From Coleofasciculus sp. B1-GNL1-01 (GTDB taxonomy: Bacteria > Cyanobacteriota > Cyanobacteriia > Cyanobacteriales > Coleofasciculaceae), in assembly GCA_040220235.1 (NCBI GenBank), contig JAVJTO010000108.1: a DNA stretch of 64,000 nucleotides. The stretch is one strand, 5' to 3'. Shown piece by piece: positions 9,008 to 18,015 of the stretch. The position numbers and the translations under genes were made by a program. A model generated the notes under the pieces. It was not told the origin of the DNA, did no database searches, and worked only from the letters and a program-made list of their open reading frames with translations. Each line of letters starts with the position of its first letter. Position 1 is the first letter of the stretch.

Positions 9008-9988
9008 TTAATCCAGAACCATCCAATCAACAGTGATACACCCTTTGTTATCCCAATACCATCCCGGCTCATCATTCATCTTAAAGATCACAGTTTGACC
9101 CGCTTTTAAACTGAGAGTCTTAGCACTATTGATCTCTTCAATAACTTCACCACTCGCTTGATCTACAGCAACCAAGGCGTAGGGGGTATTGTTCGGATAA
9201 GTCACATGACTTAACAGATCAGCCCCTGGTTCTCCGGCGGCGGTAATTTCTACTCCGTCTTTCACCGACCAAGTACCAGAGGGGGTGACTTTAATTTTAG
9301 CAGCCGTATCCATAGGATTTTGGAACTCTACCCCTTGTTCAAAAGTTGCATGGACTTGCAATTGACCGGAGGGGAGGACTTTTTTCTCAAAAGCTTTATA
9401 GGTTACATTATTTTGGGAGAAGTTATAGAACGCAATCCGCCCTTCACTAAAATCGCCGTCAAGATCAATTTCTAAGCTGCCATTCACAGAGACTTGCAAA
9501 TTCGTTTTGGTATAAACAAAGTCAAACGTATTTTCAACATGTTTTTCCCATCCCTTATTGCCCAATGTTTTTCCCCGCGCCAGTTCAGTGACTTTACCCG
9601 TATGACTCCAGAATTCCGCTTGATCTTTAGGAACTCCATTAATTAAAGATACCGCTAATCCGGTTTTGGCAAGTTCTCCCCACCGTTTCTGCTGACCTTT
9701 CCTCCAATCAACGAGTAGATATTTAGCAGAACTATTGGTGGTATCTCCCGGTTGGAATCCTAGGGCAAACCCAATAAAATCATCATCCCCAGTGTTGCCG
9801 ACGCTTATTTTACCGGAGACTTTGGTATTAAATACATTAAATGGACTATAAAATAACGTAGGTTTGCCATTCTTTTTCTGGATTACTTCTTGTCCATTTC
9901 GAGATATATCCCATTTGCCTGAACCTTTTTCATAAGATTCTTCTTGCCAGTGGTTGAGATCGACCGTTTCGACTTTAATGTGAGCCAT
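9008..9988 (-). CDS. Thrombospondin C-terminal-like lectin domain fused to a LecA/PA-IL-like domain
   Basis: DDDFIGFALGFQ resembles the TSP_C motif DDDYAGFVFGYQ, with GRIAFYNFSQ; C-terminal YALV..MNDEPGWYWDNKGCITV resembles LecA GALV..YNDVPGTYGNNSGSFSV. Confidence 0.6.
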   Translation of the reverse strand: MAHIKVETVDLNHWQEESYEKGSGKWDISRNGQEVIQKKNGKPTLFYSPFNVFNTKVSGKISVGNTGDDDFIGFALGFQPGDTTNSSAKYLLVDWRKGQQKRWGELAKTGLAVSLINGVPKDQAEFWSHTGKVTELARGKTLGNKGWEKHVENTFDFVYTKTNLQVSVNGSLEIDLDGDFSEGRIAFYNFSQNNVTYKAFEKKVLPSGQLQVHATFEQGVEFQNPMDTAAKIKVTPSGTWSVKDGVEITAAGEPGADLLSHVTYPNNTPYALVAVDQASGEVIEEINSAKTLSLKAGQTVIFKMNDEPGWYWDNKGCITVDWMVLD

Positions 9989-10236
9989 TTTATTCAGTCC
10001 TTATTCGTTTTTTTGAGTTGTGAACGTGTCAAGTTTGCTTGAACTATAATGAACTTAACAACTATCCTGAATCTGAGGATTCTATTATTTTAATCGAGCT
10101 TTATTCAGTTCTGCTCAAAATCATCTGTTTTTTTCAAAACTTAACATTTTTGCAATCATCGTTTGTTGATCACTTATCCATACGGCAAATAGCCATAACG
10201 AATGACAAATGACGAATAACAAATGACAATCAAAAC

Positions 10237-11601
10237 CTACTTACTGCGATAAATGACATAATTAATCAACTCCTTCATAAATCGACGGTCATGAACTGGA
10301 GACACCCATTGTTCTCCGGGTCGCAGTGGGGTCTCCGGGAACAAAAACTCCAAATTATCAAAGATATCGGCGGCTTTTTGAGCGAGCGATCGCGCCACGT
10401 TCCAGCCGTGTTCAATGCTGCCACATCGCTGCATTTGTTCCATAATGAAGGCAACATGATCAGGATGTTTTTGCGTGCGCGGCAATGCTAGAATTTCCCG
10501 CATTTTCTCCGATTCCTGTTTACTGTTGGCTAAAACATGGTTCAGCATTAACGTGCGTTTTCCTTCGTAGATATCACCGCCAATTTCCTTGCCATAGGAT
10601 TCCATTTCCCCCTGGAGATTTAATAAATCATCTTGAATTTGAAACGCGATCCCCAAAATCATGCCAAATCGGGTTAATCCAGCCAAAGGTTCAACTAAAT
10701 CCTGGACACTGGAGGCAGGATGTCCAACAATGAGACCAATCCGACAAGGGGTAATAAAGGAGTACCAACAGGTCTTCTTCACGCACATGGTAAAGTAATC
10801 TTGGTCACTCAGATGGGAAGGATTCGTCGCCACCCAATCCAATTCCATCGCTTGACCTTCCACAGATTGCCGTGCCATGAACTCAATTTCATGTAAAATA
10901 TTCAGCGCCTTGGATACCCCCAGCACCGATAAGTTTTCCAGCAGCAATCCCACCGCTAAAACATTCGTCGCATCCCCCACATTAATCGCACGGGGAATAC
11001 CAATCATTTGATGTAATGTCCCCTTTCCTCGTCGAGACTCCGACTCATCTTCGATGTCATCGTGAATCAAAAACGCATTGTGATACAGTTCCAATGCAGC
11101 AGCAGCCGTTAATGCCGAATGTCCCATTCCTCCCACCGCGCGGGCGACACTAATACACATCGTTGGACGCAGCATTTTCCCGACGCGAAAGGGATAATCA
11201 CTTAATAGATCATACAGAGGACTATAAGCCCCGGACACTTGGCGCTGGCTTTGGATAAATTCCTCAATTTTGACAAAAATGGCGTCTCGCGAACCCTGTA
11301 ATGCCTCGTTGATAATGCTTTGATTAAACTTAGAGGAATCGGCGACGATACATTGTTCCTGATCATCCTTTGCTGCCTCTAATTGGGCAAGATCAGATAA
11401 GGTAGTGGCAATCGCCTTACGACTGCCTGAATCAATATCTGATACCGTTGGCGGCGAAGGTTTAGGCGTCGGGGGGTGAGGCAGTAAAACTTGGCGGGGT
11501 GTAGATTTCAGCTTGAGGATTGGGAATTTTTTGGGGTCATACAATAACAAACTGAAGAAGGTCAAAAATACGAGAAATAAGAATAGTCCTAACATTAACA
11601 A
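10237..11601 (-). CDS. Polyprenyl diphosphate synthase family protein with N-terminal hydrophobic anchor
   Basis: GKMLRP, FARM IHDDIEDES, RRG, INVGD, GQAMEL, KKT, SARM FQIQDDLLN, GKEIGGDIYEGK. Confidence 0.9.
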   Translation of the reverse strand: MLMLGLFLFLVFLTFFSLLLYDPKKFPILKLKSTPRQVLLPHPPTPKPSPPTVSDIDSGSRKAIATTLSDLAQLEAAKDDQEQCIVADSSKFNQSIINEALQGSRDAIFVKIEEFIQSQRQVSGAYSPLYDLLSDYPFRVGKMLRPTMCISVARAVGGMGHSALTAAAALELYHNAFLIHDDIEDESESRRGKGTLHQMIGIPRAINVGDATNVLAVGLLLENLSVLGVSKALNILHEIEFMARQSVEGQAMELDWVATNPSHLSDQDYFTMCVKKTCWYSFITPCRIGLIVGHPASSVQDLVEPLAGLTRFGMILGIAFQIQDDLLNLQGEMESYGKEIGGDIYEGKRTLMLNHVLANSKQESEKMREILALPRTQKHPDHVAFIMEQMQRCGSIEHGWNVARSLAQKAADIFDNLEFLFPETPLRPGEQWVSPVHDRRFMKELINYVIYRSK

Positions 11602-11640
11602 TTTTCCTCTAGAGTGTCGGTTCAGAAATAGCCTTTATAT

Positions 11641-12708
11641 TTAGTCCTTATTAATTAAAATAGCCCCGATGACAACAATAACGATAATAGCCAGCAAAAG
11701 TCCGATAATGATTACTTGTTTCTTGTTCCCTGAGCCTGATTCGGAGGATTCTATCGATTCAGCCACAGGTTGAGCCACGGATGGAGTAACTGGGGAAGAG
11801 TCAACCAAGGGAAACCAGGCGTTGACAGAAACGGAGCCAAAATTATTCAAATTTTCGATAACTGCACCCCCAGAAGCACCTTTGACGCCGACAATCGCCC
11901 ACGATCCTCTAAATTGAAGACGGTCAATTTGGGTGCTACCAATCAACTTACAGGCGGCTTGGGCGCGATCCGAGAGATTAAAGCTGGCGTCGTCTTTCGC
12001 CGCGATCGCAACCACCCGACCCTGTGGTATAGTCTCTATCCAGTCGGCAAAGGCATCTGCATTCGCGGGATCAGCATAGAAATCAAAGGATCGACTGTGA
12101 AGGTGATGCCCATTGGACTGATCAAAAACAACGACATTTAGACCCCGTTGATATCCTCCCGTAAAGGAAACCAGTTCCCCATTACAGGTAACTTGAGCCA
12201 TGTTACCCCAATTATTCCCTGCTGATGTCACAGCGACAACAAAACTAGGAACTTTAACCTTTGTCGCCGTAATCTCCCGCGAACAAGTCACCGCCGCCTC
12301 ATGAGACAACTTTTCTGTTGCCGTTCCCGGTGCAGCACCCGTTTGACCAATTATCGCCCAAGAACTGCGGAATTGCAGGTGATCAATTAAGCGACTTCCC
12401 AAGGATTTACAGGCTCTTTTGCCTGGATCAGATAAATTAAAGTTAGCATCATCTTTAATGGCAATGGCGACAATTCGACCTGGGGGTAAGGTAGAGACAA
12501 ATTGGGCAAAGGACTCGGAGTTGCCTGGGTTAAAGGTATCAAACGTCGTGCCAAAAATGGGTTGTCCGGTAAATTCATCGAAGACGGCGACATTGAGTCC
12601 GCGATTGTAGAAATTCTCACCCAAGTCTTGGGTATTGAACCTAATCGACGCCGAGTTCCCGTGTTCATAACCGGCTGAGGACACTTGCACTGTTAAGTCA
12701 TTCGTCAT
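11641..12708 (-). CDS. Tandem ILEI/PANDER (GG) domain protein with C-terminal TM anchor
   Basis: Two ILEI-like repeats (RGLNVAVFD..IAIKDDA..LQFRSSWAIIG) and C-terminal VIIIGLLLAIIVIVVIGAILI. Confidence 0.8.
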   Translation of the reverse strand: MTNDLTVQVSSAGYEHGNSASIRFNTQDLGENFYNRGLNVAVFDEFTGQPIFGTTFDTFNPGNSESFAQFVSTLPPGRIVAIAIKDDANFNLSDPGKRACKSLGSRLIDHLQFRSSWAIIGQTGAAPGTATEKLSHEAAVTCSREITATKVKVPSFVVAVTSAGNNWGNMAQVTCNGELVSFTGGYQRGLNVVVFDQSNGHHLHSRSFDFYADPANADAFADWIETIPQGRVVAIAAKDDASFNLSDRAQAACKLIGSTQIDRLQFRGSWAIVGVKGASGGAVIENLNNFGSVSVNAWFPLVDSSPVTPSVAQPVAESIESSESGSGNKKQVIIIGLLLAIIVIVVIGAILINKD

Positions 12709-13199
12709 TTGTCATTCGTCCTTTGTCAGGGAATAGGGAACACCTCGACTCCGCTCGGTGTGAATAGGTAAGGTAGAGTTTTGAGTTGAGGGATTCTTCA
12801 TGGGGGTGCTTGCTTCGGCTTCCCGTCCGGTGAACTTAAGTCTTAACCGTTCCTTGGGGAATCCTAGGATGAGGGATTAAACCTGAAACTGTACAAATGA
12901 AATGTGAACATCTCTTCCGGTTAAACCCTGACAGGGAGATAAAATTACCTAATTTTTTGTTCACGAATCATTTGGACTTACTAGATAGCTATATATTTTT
13001 GGAGGTTAGATAGGCAAATTAACAAACTTCATTTACATCAAGCTAATAATAGGCTAAAAAATAATCCTACCACTAATAGTTGTCAGGATTAGGCAGGGAT
13101 GTTGGGAGATGGGGAGATGAGAGCAGGGGGAGCCACGTAGAGACGCGCCATGGCGCGTCTGGGAGATGAGGGAGATGGGAGACAAAATTTCTATAGCCC

Positions 13200-13329
13200 A
13201 TTATCCTGTTCCCTATTCCCTATTCCCTATTCCCTATTCCCTGTTCCCTGTTCCCTAACAAATGACGTAGCTTGCTTCTCGCTTGCGCGAGTATGACGAA
13301 TGACAAATGACAAATGACAAATGACCAAT
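13200..13329. repeat. Heptamer tandem repeats (TTCCCTA/TTCCCTG; ATGACAA)
   Basis: Directly visible. ATGACAA/TTGTCAT arrays also at 1252-1290, 10200-10229, 12700-12726, 31849-31910, 35599-35648 and 54496-54580. Confidence 0.85.
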
Positions 13330-14619
13330 AAACGTATTGTTTTAACCGCCTATGGCTCCTTTGGCGATATTCATCCCTATATGGCGATCGCATTGGAGTT
13401 GCAAGCACGGGGACATCGTGCTGTTATTGCCACAAGTGAACTGTATCGCTACAAGATTGAAGCCGAGGGGATTGGATTTCATCCGGTTCGCTACGATAGT
13501 GCGATCGATATGCAGCAGGATGGGGAGTTTATCGGCGTGCTGTCGGAATCCCGTCGGGAAAGTGAATACACGATCTGTTATCTATTAATGCCCCATCTGA
13601 GGGCGACATACAAAGCGTTACTCGAAGCCACACAGGATGCGGATCTACTGTTAACGCATCATTTAAGTTTTGCCGGATCATTAGTTGCGGAAAAAACGGG
13701 CATTCCGTGGGTGTCAACGGTTCTCTCTCCGATCCTATTTATGTCGGCTTACGATTCCCAAACCCTTTCCACGACAACCATCTCCTCTTATGAACAAGCC
13801 TTAGCCGTTGTCGCCAATGACGCCCGCTTACGCCAATTTCGTTGGCAAGCCCGGTTATGGAGTTCGCCGATACGTCAATTGCGTGAGGAATTGGGGTTAC
13901 CACCCAGTTGTGATCCGGTGTTTGAAGGTCAACATTCGCCGGATTTGGTACTGGCGTTATTTTCTGCAAAGCTAGCCAAGCCGCAACCGGATTGGTGTCC
14001 CCAAACTCAGGTGACGGGGTTTCCTTTTTACGATCGCGCCAAACAGGAGAACTTGTCTCCAGAATTGGCAAGGTTTCTTGACTCTGGATCTCCTCCGATT
14101 ATATTTACCTTGGGTTCGCTGATGGTATGGACACCCGGAAACTTCTATTTAGAAGGTGCGATCGCAGCTCAACAGTTAGGATACCGGGCGGTGTTATTGG
14201 TGGGCAAAGGAGTCCCCAACCTACCGTTAAACCAGTTACCCGAAGGGGTGATTGTAGTTGACTATGCCCCCCACTCCGAAATTTTCCCCCGTGCGGCGGT
14301 AATTGTGCATCATGGCGGAGTCGGCACCACCGGACAAGCTTTGCGATCGGGGCGTCCCATGTTGGTGGTACCTTATGCCCATGATCAACCCGATAATGCG
14401 ATGCGGTTAGTGCGTTTAGGGGTAGCGCGTACTCTCGCCCGACATGAGTACAGTGCAAATACATTAATGGCTGAACTCAAACAACTCTTATTTGAGCCGA
14501 GTTATGAAAGCAAAGCGGCGGAGGTGGGAAAGCGGGTGCAGCAAGAAGATGGAGTCAAGGCGGCGAGTGACGCGATCGAAACCTATCTCAGATCTCAGGA
14601 AAATGGGCAATCAAAGTAG
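13321..14619 (+). CDS. GT1-family (UDP-sugar, GT-B) glycosyltransferase
   Basis: GSFGDIHPY..LQARGH; FTLGS; YAPHSEIFPRAAVIVHHGGVGTTGQALRSGRPMLVVPYAHDQPDNA (PSPG-like). Confidence 0.9.
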   Translation: MTNKRIVLTAYGSFGDIHPYMAIALELQARGHRAVIATSELYRYKIEAEGIGFHPVRYDSAIDMQQDGEFIGVLSESRRESEYTICYLLMPHLRATYKALLEATQDADLLLTHHLSFAGSLVAEKTGIPWVSTVLSPILFMSAYDSQTLSTTTISSYEQALAVVANDARLRQFRWQARLWSSPIRQLREELGLPPSCDPVFEGQHSPDLVLALFSAKLAKPQPDWCPQTQVTGFPFYDRAKQENLSPELARFLDSGSPPIIFTLGSLMVWTPGNFYLEGAIAAQQLGYRAVLLVGKGVPNLPLNQLPEGVIVVDYAPHSEIFPRAAVIVHHGGVGTTGQALRSGRPMLVVPYAHDQPDNAMRLVRLGVARTLARHEYSANTLMAELKQLLFEPSYESKAAEVGKRVQQEDGVKAASDAIETYLRSQENGQSK

Positions 14620-14715
14620 TGATGTAGCACACCTAAGTTAATAGATGAGAATTACGGAAAAGACACCGTAGGGGCATCATCCTTGCGGTCAGAAAACCCG
14701 TAAGTATAATTGAAG

Positions 14716-14843
14716 TAAGCTGTTCGGCATTTAAACCTTAATGTCAATAATGGCGAAAGCCTTGTAGTGCGTTAAGCGAAGCCATGCCGCAGGCTTTGCA
14801 TCTTGCTCGCTACTAATACCCAATTTAAATGCATGACAGCTTA
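14716..14843. mobile_element. MITE family A copy
   Basis: Near-identical to 8351-8477. Confidence 0.85.
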
Positions 14844-14862
14844 GTTTTTTTATCAAGACTTT

Positions 14863-15033
14863 ATACCCAAAAAGGATAACTTTCATGAAGTTGGGGAACT
14901 TGCCTTGGGAAAAGACGGTTGGGAAATTACAGATGAACCCCTTTCTCTTCAATCAGTTTTTCATTTAGCAGTTGGACAATTTATTAACTATCGTACAGCA
15001 CTGAAATTGAAAGAACCCCAACGTCAGTTATAG
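14863..15033 (+). pseudogene. xisH: Degenerate xisH-family remnant with internal deletion
   Basis: Hand translation (ATA)PKKDNFHEVGELALGKDGWEITDEPLSL|QSVFHLAVGQFINYRTALKLKEPQRQL* matches the N-terminal and later parts of the XisH copies in this window; the central D..EIK segment is missing. Confidence 0.75.
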
Positions 15034-15133
15034 CACTACGCATTAAGGTTAGGACATTGGTAAAAGCTGAAACCCTGTTGGAGTAAACTTTTGACTTTTG
15101 ACTTTTGACTTTTGACTTGCGCGTAGCGCTATA
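15029..15133. mobile_element. MITE family D (TATAGCACTACGC..GCGTAGCGCTATA) carrying (TTTTGAC)n
   Basis: 13-bp inverted termini with one mismatch; related copy at 51024-51153. Confidence 0.75.
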
Positions 15134-15163
15134 TTGATGGCAGTTCCTTAACCAGTTGTCGGC

Positions 15164-15499
15164 TCAACCCACTGCAAACCCCGTATATTGCCTAACTAAA
15201 GGTTCATGAAACGCCAAAACGATATCTTCTTTGGGAACTCCTAACTTCACTAATTCATTAGCAATACCAACTTCCGTACCATCATGCTGTATCCAAATTT
15301 TGTCATTTTTAATATCCAAATGTAACACACAGCCATGCTGTCGTCGTCTGTTTTTCCAACCCACATACATCAACTGATAATGGTTGCCAACTGGATCAAA
15401 AATTAGTTGTTGTTCAATTTCGTCCTGAGTTGAACCCACACTGGCATAGTCAGTTATGACTTGTTGGACATAATTTTGATATTTTTTTAGTTTTTCCAT
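15164..15499 (-). CDS. xisI: XisI family protein
   Basis: HYQLMYVGW..HLDIKNDKIWIQHDGTEVGIANELVKLGVPKEDIVLAFH. Confidence 0.92.
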   Translation of the reverse strand: MEKLKKYQNYVQQVITDYASVGSTQDEIEQQLIFDPVGNHYQLMYVGWKNRRRQHGCVLHLDIKNDKIWIQHDGTEVGIANELVKLGVPKEDIVLAFHEPLVRQYTGFAVG

Positions 15500-15900
15500 G
15501 CGACAATAACCTCCTGCACCGGATCATAAACAATGAGTTTAAGCCGAAACCGCTGAATCACGGTTTGAATAAACTGCAACTTAAAGAAAGCGTGATAGAT
15601 TCCTGAAGGAACAGCCAAATATAGAACTCTTTCTGGCTCTTGTTCTTCTAATGCCACACGATAATTAAAACACTGTCCAATAGCTGTATGAAATTCCGAA
15701 ATGTTTGACGCCCCAATAAAACTCTTAATTTCCACCGCTATTTTTTCGCCATCCCTTTCCGCCGCTAAAACTTGCTCCGCCCCCAGGTCAATATACATTT
15801 CAACATCACCAATCTTAATCCGAAAAGGGTCATCAGTAATCAGCCAACCCTCTTTTTGCAATCCGTTCCTAACAGCATTATGAAAAATATCTTTCGCCAC
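15487..15900 (-). CDS. xisH: XisH family protein (PD-(D/E)xK fold)
   Basis: AKDIFH..GWLITDDP..IDLGAE..IAVEIKSF..FHTAIGQ; likely start GTG 15900 (track start 15948); overlaps xisI. Confidence 0.92.
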   Translation of the reverse strand: MAKDIFHNAVRNGLQKEGWLITDDPFRIKIGDVEMYIDLGAEQVLAAERDGEKIAVEIKSFIGASNISEFHTAIGQCFNYRVALEEQEPERVLYLAVPSGIYHAFFKLQFIQTVIQRFRLKLIVYDPVQEVIVAWKN

Positions 15901-16159
15901 ATCCCACCCACAGCCAAATTTAATCGTTTTTACTCTTAATTCTACCACAAATACCCACCATGTCTGATTTAACTAACATCCTGTTGAGGACACGGCAGTG
16001 CCGTGTCCCTACCCTTTCCCCGAAATAATTGATTGCGTAGGGACAGGATAATATCGTCCCCTTCTCAAGACAGAAATGCTAAGATTTAAACCGAGAATAA
16101 AAAGCGCGATCGCGAGTTGTCCTATACAAAGCTGTGCTATAAGAAAAGCTTTATATTCC

Positions 16160-16738
16160 ATGAACAGTCTCTCACCCGTCATTTTAAATTTAAAACACGT
16201 TGGCTTAAGCGATGAGCAATTTTACCAACTCTGCCAAGCCAATGAAACGTGGAAACTGGAACAAACCGCTAAAGGAGAATTACTAATTATGCCTCCCGTT
16301 GGTGGAGTGAGTGGCAATCGAGAATCCGATTTAATTACCGACGTAAACCTGTGGAATCGCCAAACTCAACTAGGAAAAGTCTTTAGTTCATCAACCATCT
16401 TTCGCTTACCCAACGGTGGAAAGCGTTCTCCCGATGTGGCTTGGGTAGCCAACCAACGCTGGGAATCCCTAACTCCCGAAGAACAAGAAAAATTTCCGCC
16501 AATTTGTCCAGATTTTGTGATTGAACTCCGTTCTCGCACCGATTCTCTATCCGACTTACAAGCAAAAATGCAGGAGTATCTCAATAGTGGTTTACAATTA
16601 GGCTGGTTAATTAATCCCCAAGTCCAACAAGTCGAAATTTATCGTCAGAATCAGCCCGTTGAGATTGTTCAATTACCCGCCAATTTATCCGGAGAGGATA
16701 TCTTACCTGGATTTATATTAGAGTTACCCGTTTTCTAA
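16160..16738 (+). CDS. Uma2 family endonuclease
   Basis: RSPDVAWV..PPICPDFVIELRS..KMQEYL..LGWLINP; ATG 16160 preferred over track start 16076. Confidence 0.92.
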   Translation: MNSLSPVILNLKHVGLSDEQFYQLCQANETWKLEQTAKGELLIMPPVGGVSGNRESDLITDVNLWNRQTQLGKVFSSSTIFRLPNGGKRSPDVAWVANQRWESLTPEEQEKFPPICPDFVIELRSRTDSLSDLQAKMQEYLNSGLQLGWLINPQVQQVEIYRQNQPVEIVQLPANLSGEDILPGFILELPVF

Positions 16739-17039
16739 GCCAAAATCTTGTAGATTTCCTCTCCCCACCACAAGACTTATTTAGAATACCCTATATTAGG
16801 TTGGGTTTGTAGTGGGGAACCTTAGCCCTAGATTCGGTTGGGTTTCGACTTCGCTCAACCCAACCTAAAATCTATACTTTCTGATTATTTACACTGGGCA
16901 ATTGTCCCTTGTTCTGGAGATAAGAAAACCTATAATTACGGCTTTAGTTAGGGTACGGCAGTGCCGTGCCCCTACCCTAACCCAGAAATCATTGATTGCG
17001 TAGGGACACGATACTATCGAACCTTTCTCAATACTGCTT

Positions 17040-17402
17040 TTATAGTAACGGCATAAAACTAATGCGGTCTTGGTATTCATCTTCCCAAGCTGCCTCAGCT
17101 ACAATCATCAACTCTTCCATAATTTGCCCCATGGTCATATCCTCATTGATAATAAATATTCCTGGTACATGATGATTACCTGCCAGATGTTCGGCTAGAT
17201 GAACTGGCATTGTTTTACGGTTATTCGTAACCAGAATAAATCTATTGTCTTCACACCAAGCAAGAATATCTGCATCGGGAGTGCCTTTAGGCGGTGCATT
17301 GGGGTCACCAATTACCCAAACTTGCAATTGGGGGTATCGCTGCAACATTTGTGTGCGAAGCACCAAGGGAATATGTTCATCCAGGAGATATTTAATTGTC
17401 AT
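17040..17402 (-). CDS. DUF5615/PIN-like putative toxin
   Basis: YLLDEHI..GTPDADILAW..ILVTNN; directly downstream of a DUF433 gene. Confidence 0.8.
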   Translation of the reverse strand: MTIKYLLDEHIPLVLRTQMLQRYPQLQVWVIGDPNAPPKGTPDADILAWCEDNRFILVTNNRKTMPVHLAEHLAGNHHVPGIFIINEDMTMGQIMEELMIVAEAAWEDEYQDRISFMPLL

Positions 17403-17755
17403 TAAATCACGGCTTTACTTGAAGTATCTTGTTGAGAATCTACTTGTTTTTGGGCTTTCAATTGTCGTAGCTTTTCAATAAATGGTGGCGGATTTTTCTG
17501 TTGTTGTTTTCGCATCTGATGACTCCAGGCTAGCCAATCAGCTAAATAGGTACTCACAGATTCTTGGTTATGTAAATAGTATAAAATAGTAGCATAAACC
17601 TGTTCTAGTGTTACAGTTCGATAACGTTCAGCTATGGCTGAGGGAGTTTGAGCGCGATGGATATATTGGTAGAGAATATGTTCTATGCCAATGCGTGTTC
17701 CTTTGAGACGAATATCATCAGGAGCTAAGAAATCAAAGTAGTCTTCTAATTGCAT
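17402..17755 (-). CDS. DUF433 putative antitoxin
   Basis: IRLKGTRIGIEHIL..TLEQVYATILYY; 1-nt overlap with the PIN gene. Confidence 0.85.
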   Translation of the reverse strand: MQLEDYFDFLAPDDIRLKGTRIGIEHILYQYIHRAQTPSAIAERYRTVTLEQVYATILYYLHNQESVSTYLADWLAWSHQMRKQQQKNPPPFIEKLRQLKAQKQVDSQQDTSSKAVI

Positions 17756-18015
17756 AAGTATTTATTCTAATGCTGCATAAGTGTTTATTCTAACACCAAA
17801 ATAGATCTTATTATTGGCTTCGAGACATCCTGGTGAAAACAAGGCAGCACCGTTCCCCTACCCTAACCCAGAATTCCACGTTCTTTTTCACATTAACCCA
17901 AATAAGTGCCTAACGCACCCTACAGGATAGATTCAGAGTTCCGACTGCTTAAATAAGTCAGCAATTTAGGTTATAATAACTCATCGTTAAATTAAAACTC
18001 TTAATCAATATCCTA

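Noticed and set aside
14731..14952. ORFs sharing CHAFKLGISSEQDAKPAAWLRLTHYK (also 60805-60987)
   Set aside because: The shared peptide is the reverse strand of MITE A, not a gene family.
15164..15948. fdxN-type excision element implied by xisH/xisI
   Set aside because: There is no XisF-like recombinase and no interrupted nif/fdxN gene; stand-alone pairs are common in cyanobacteria.
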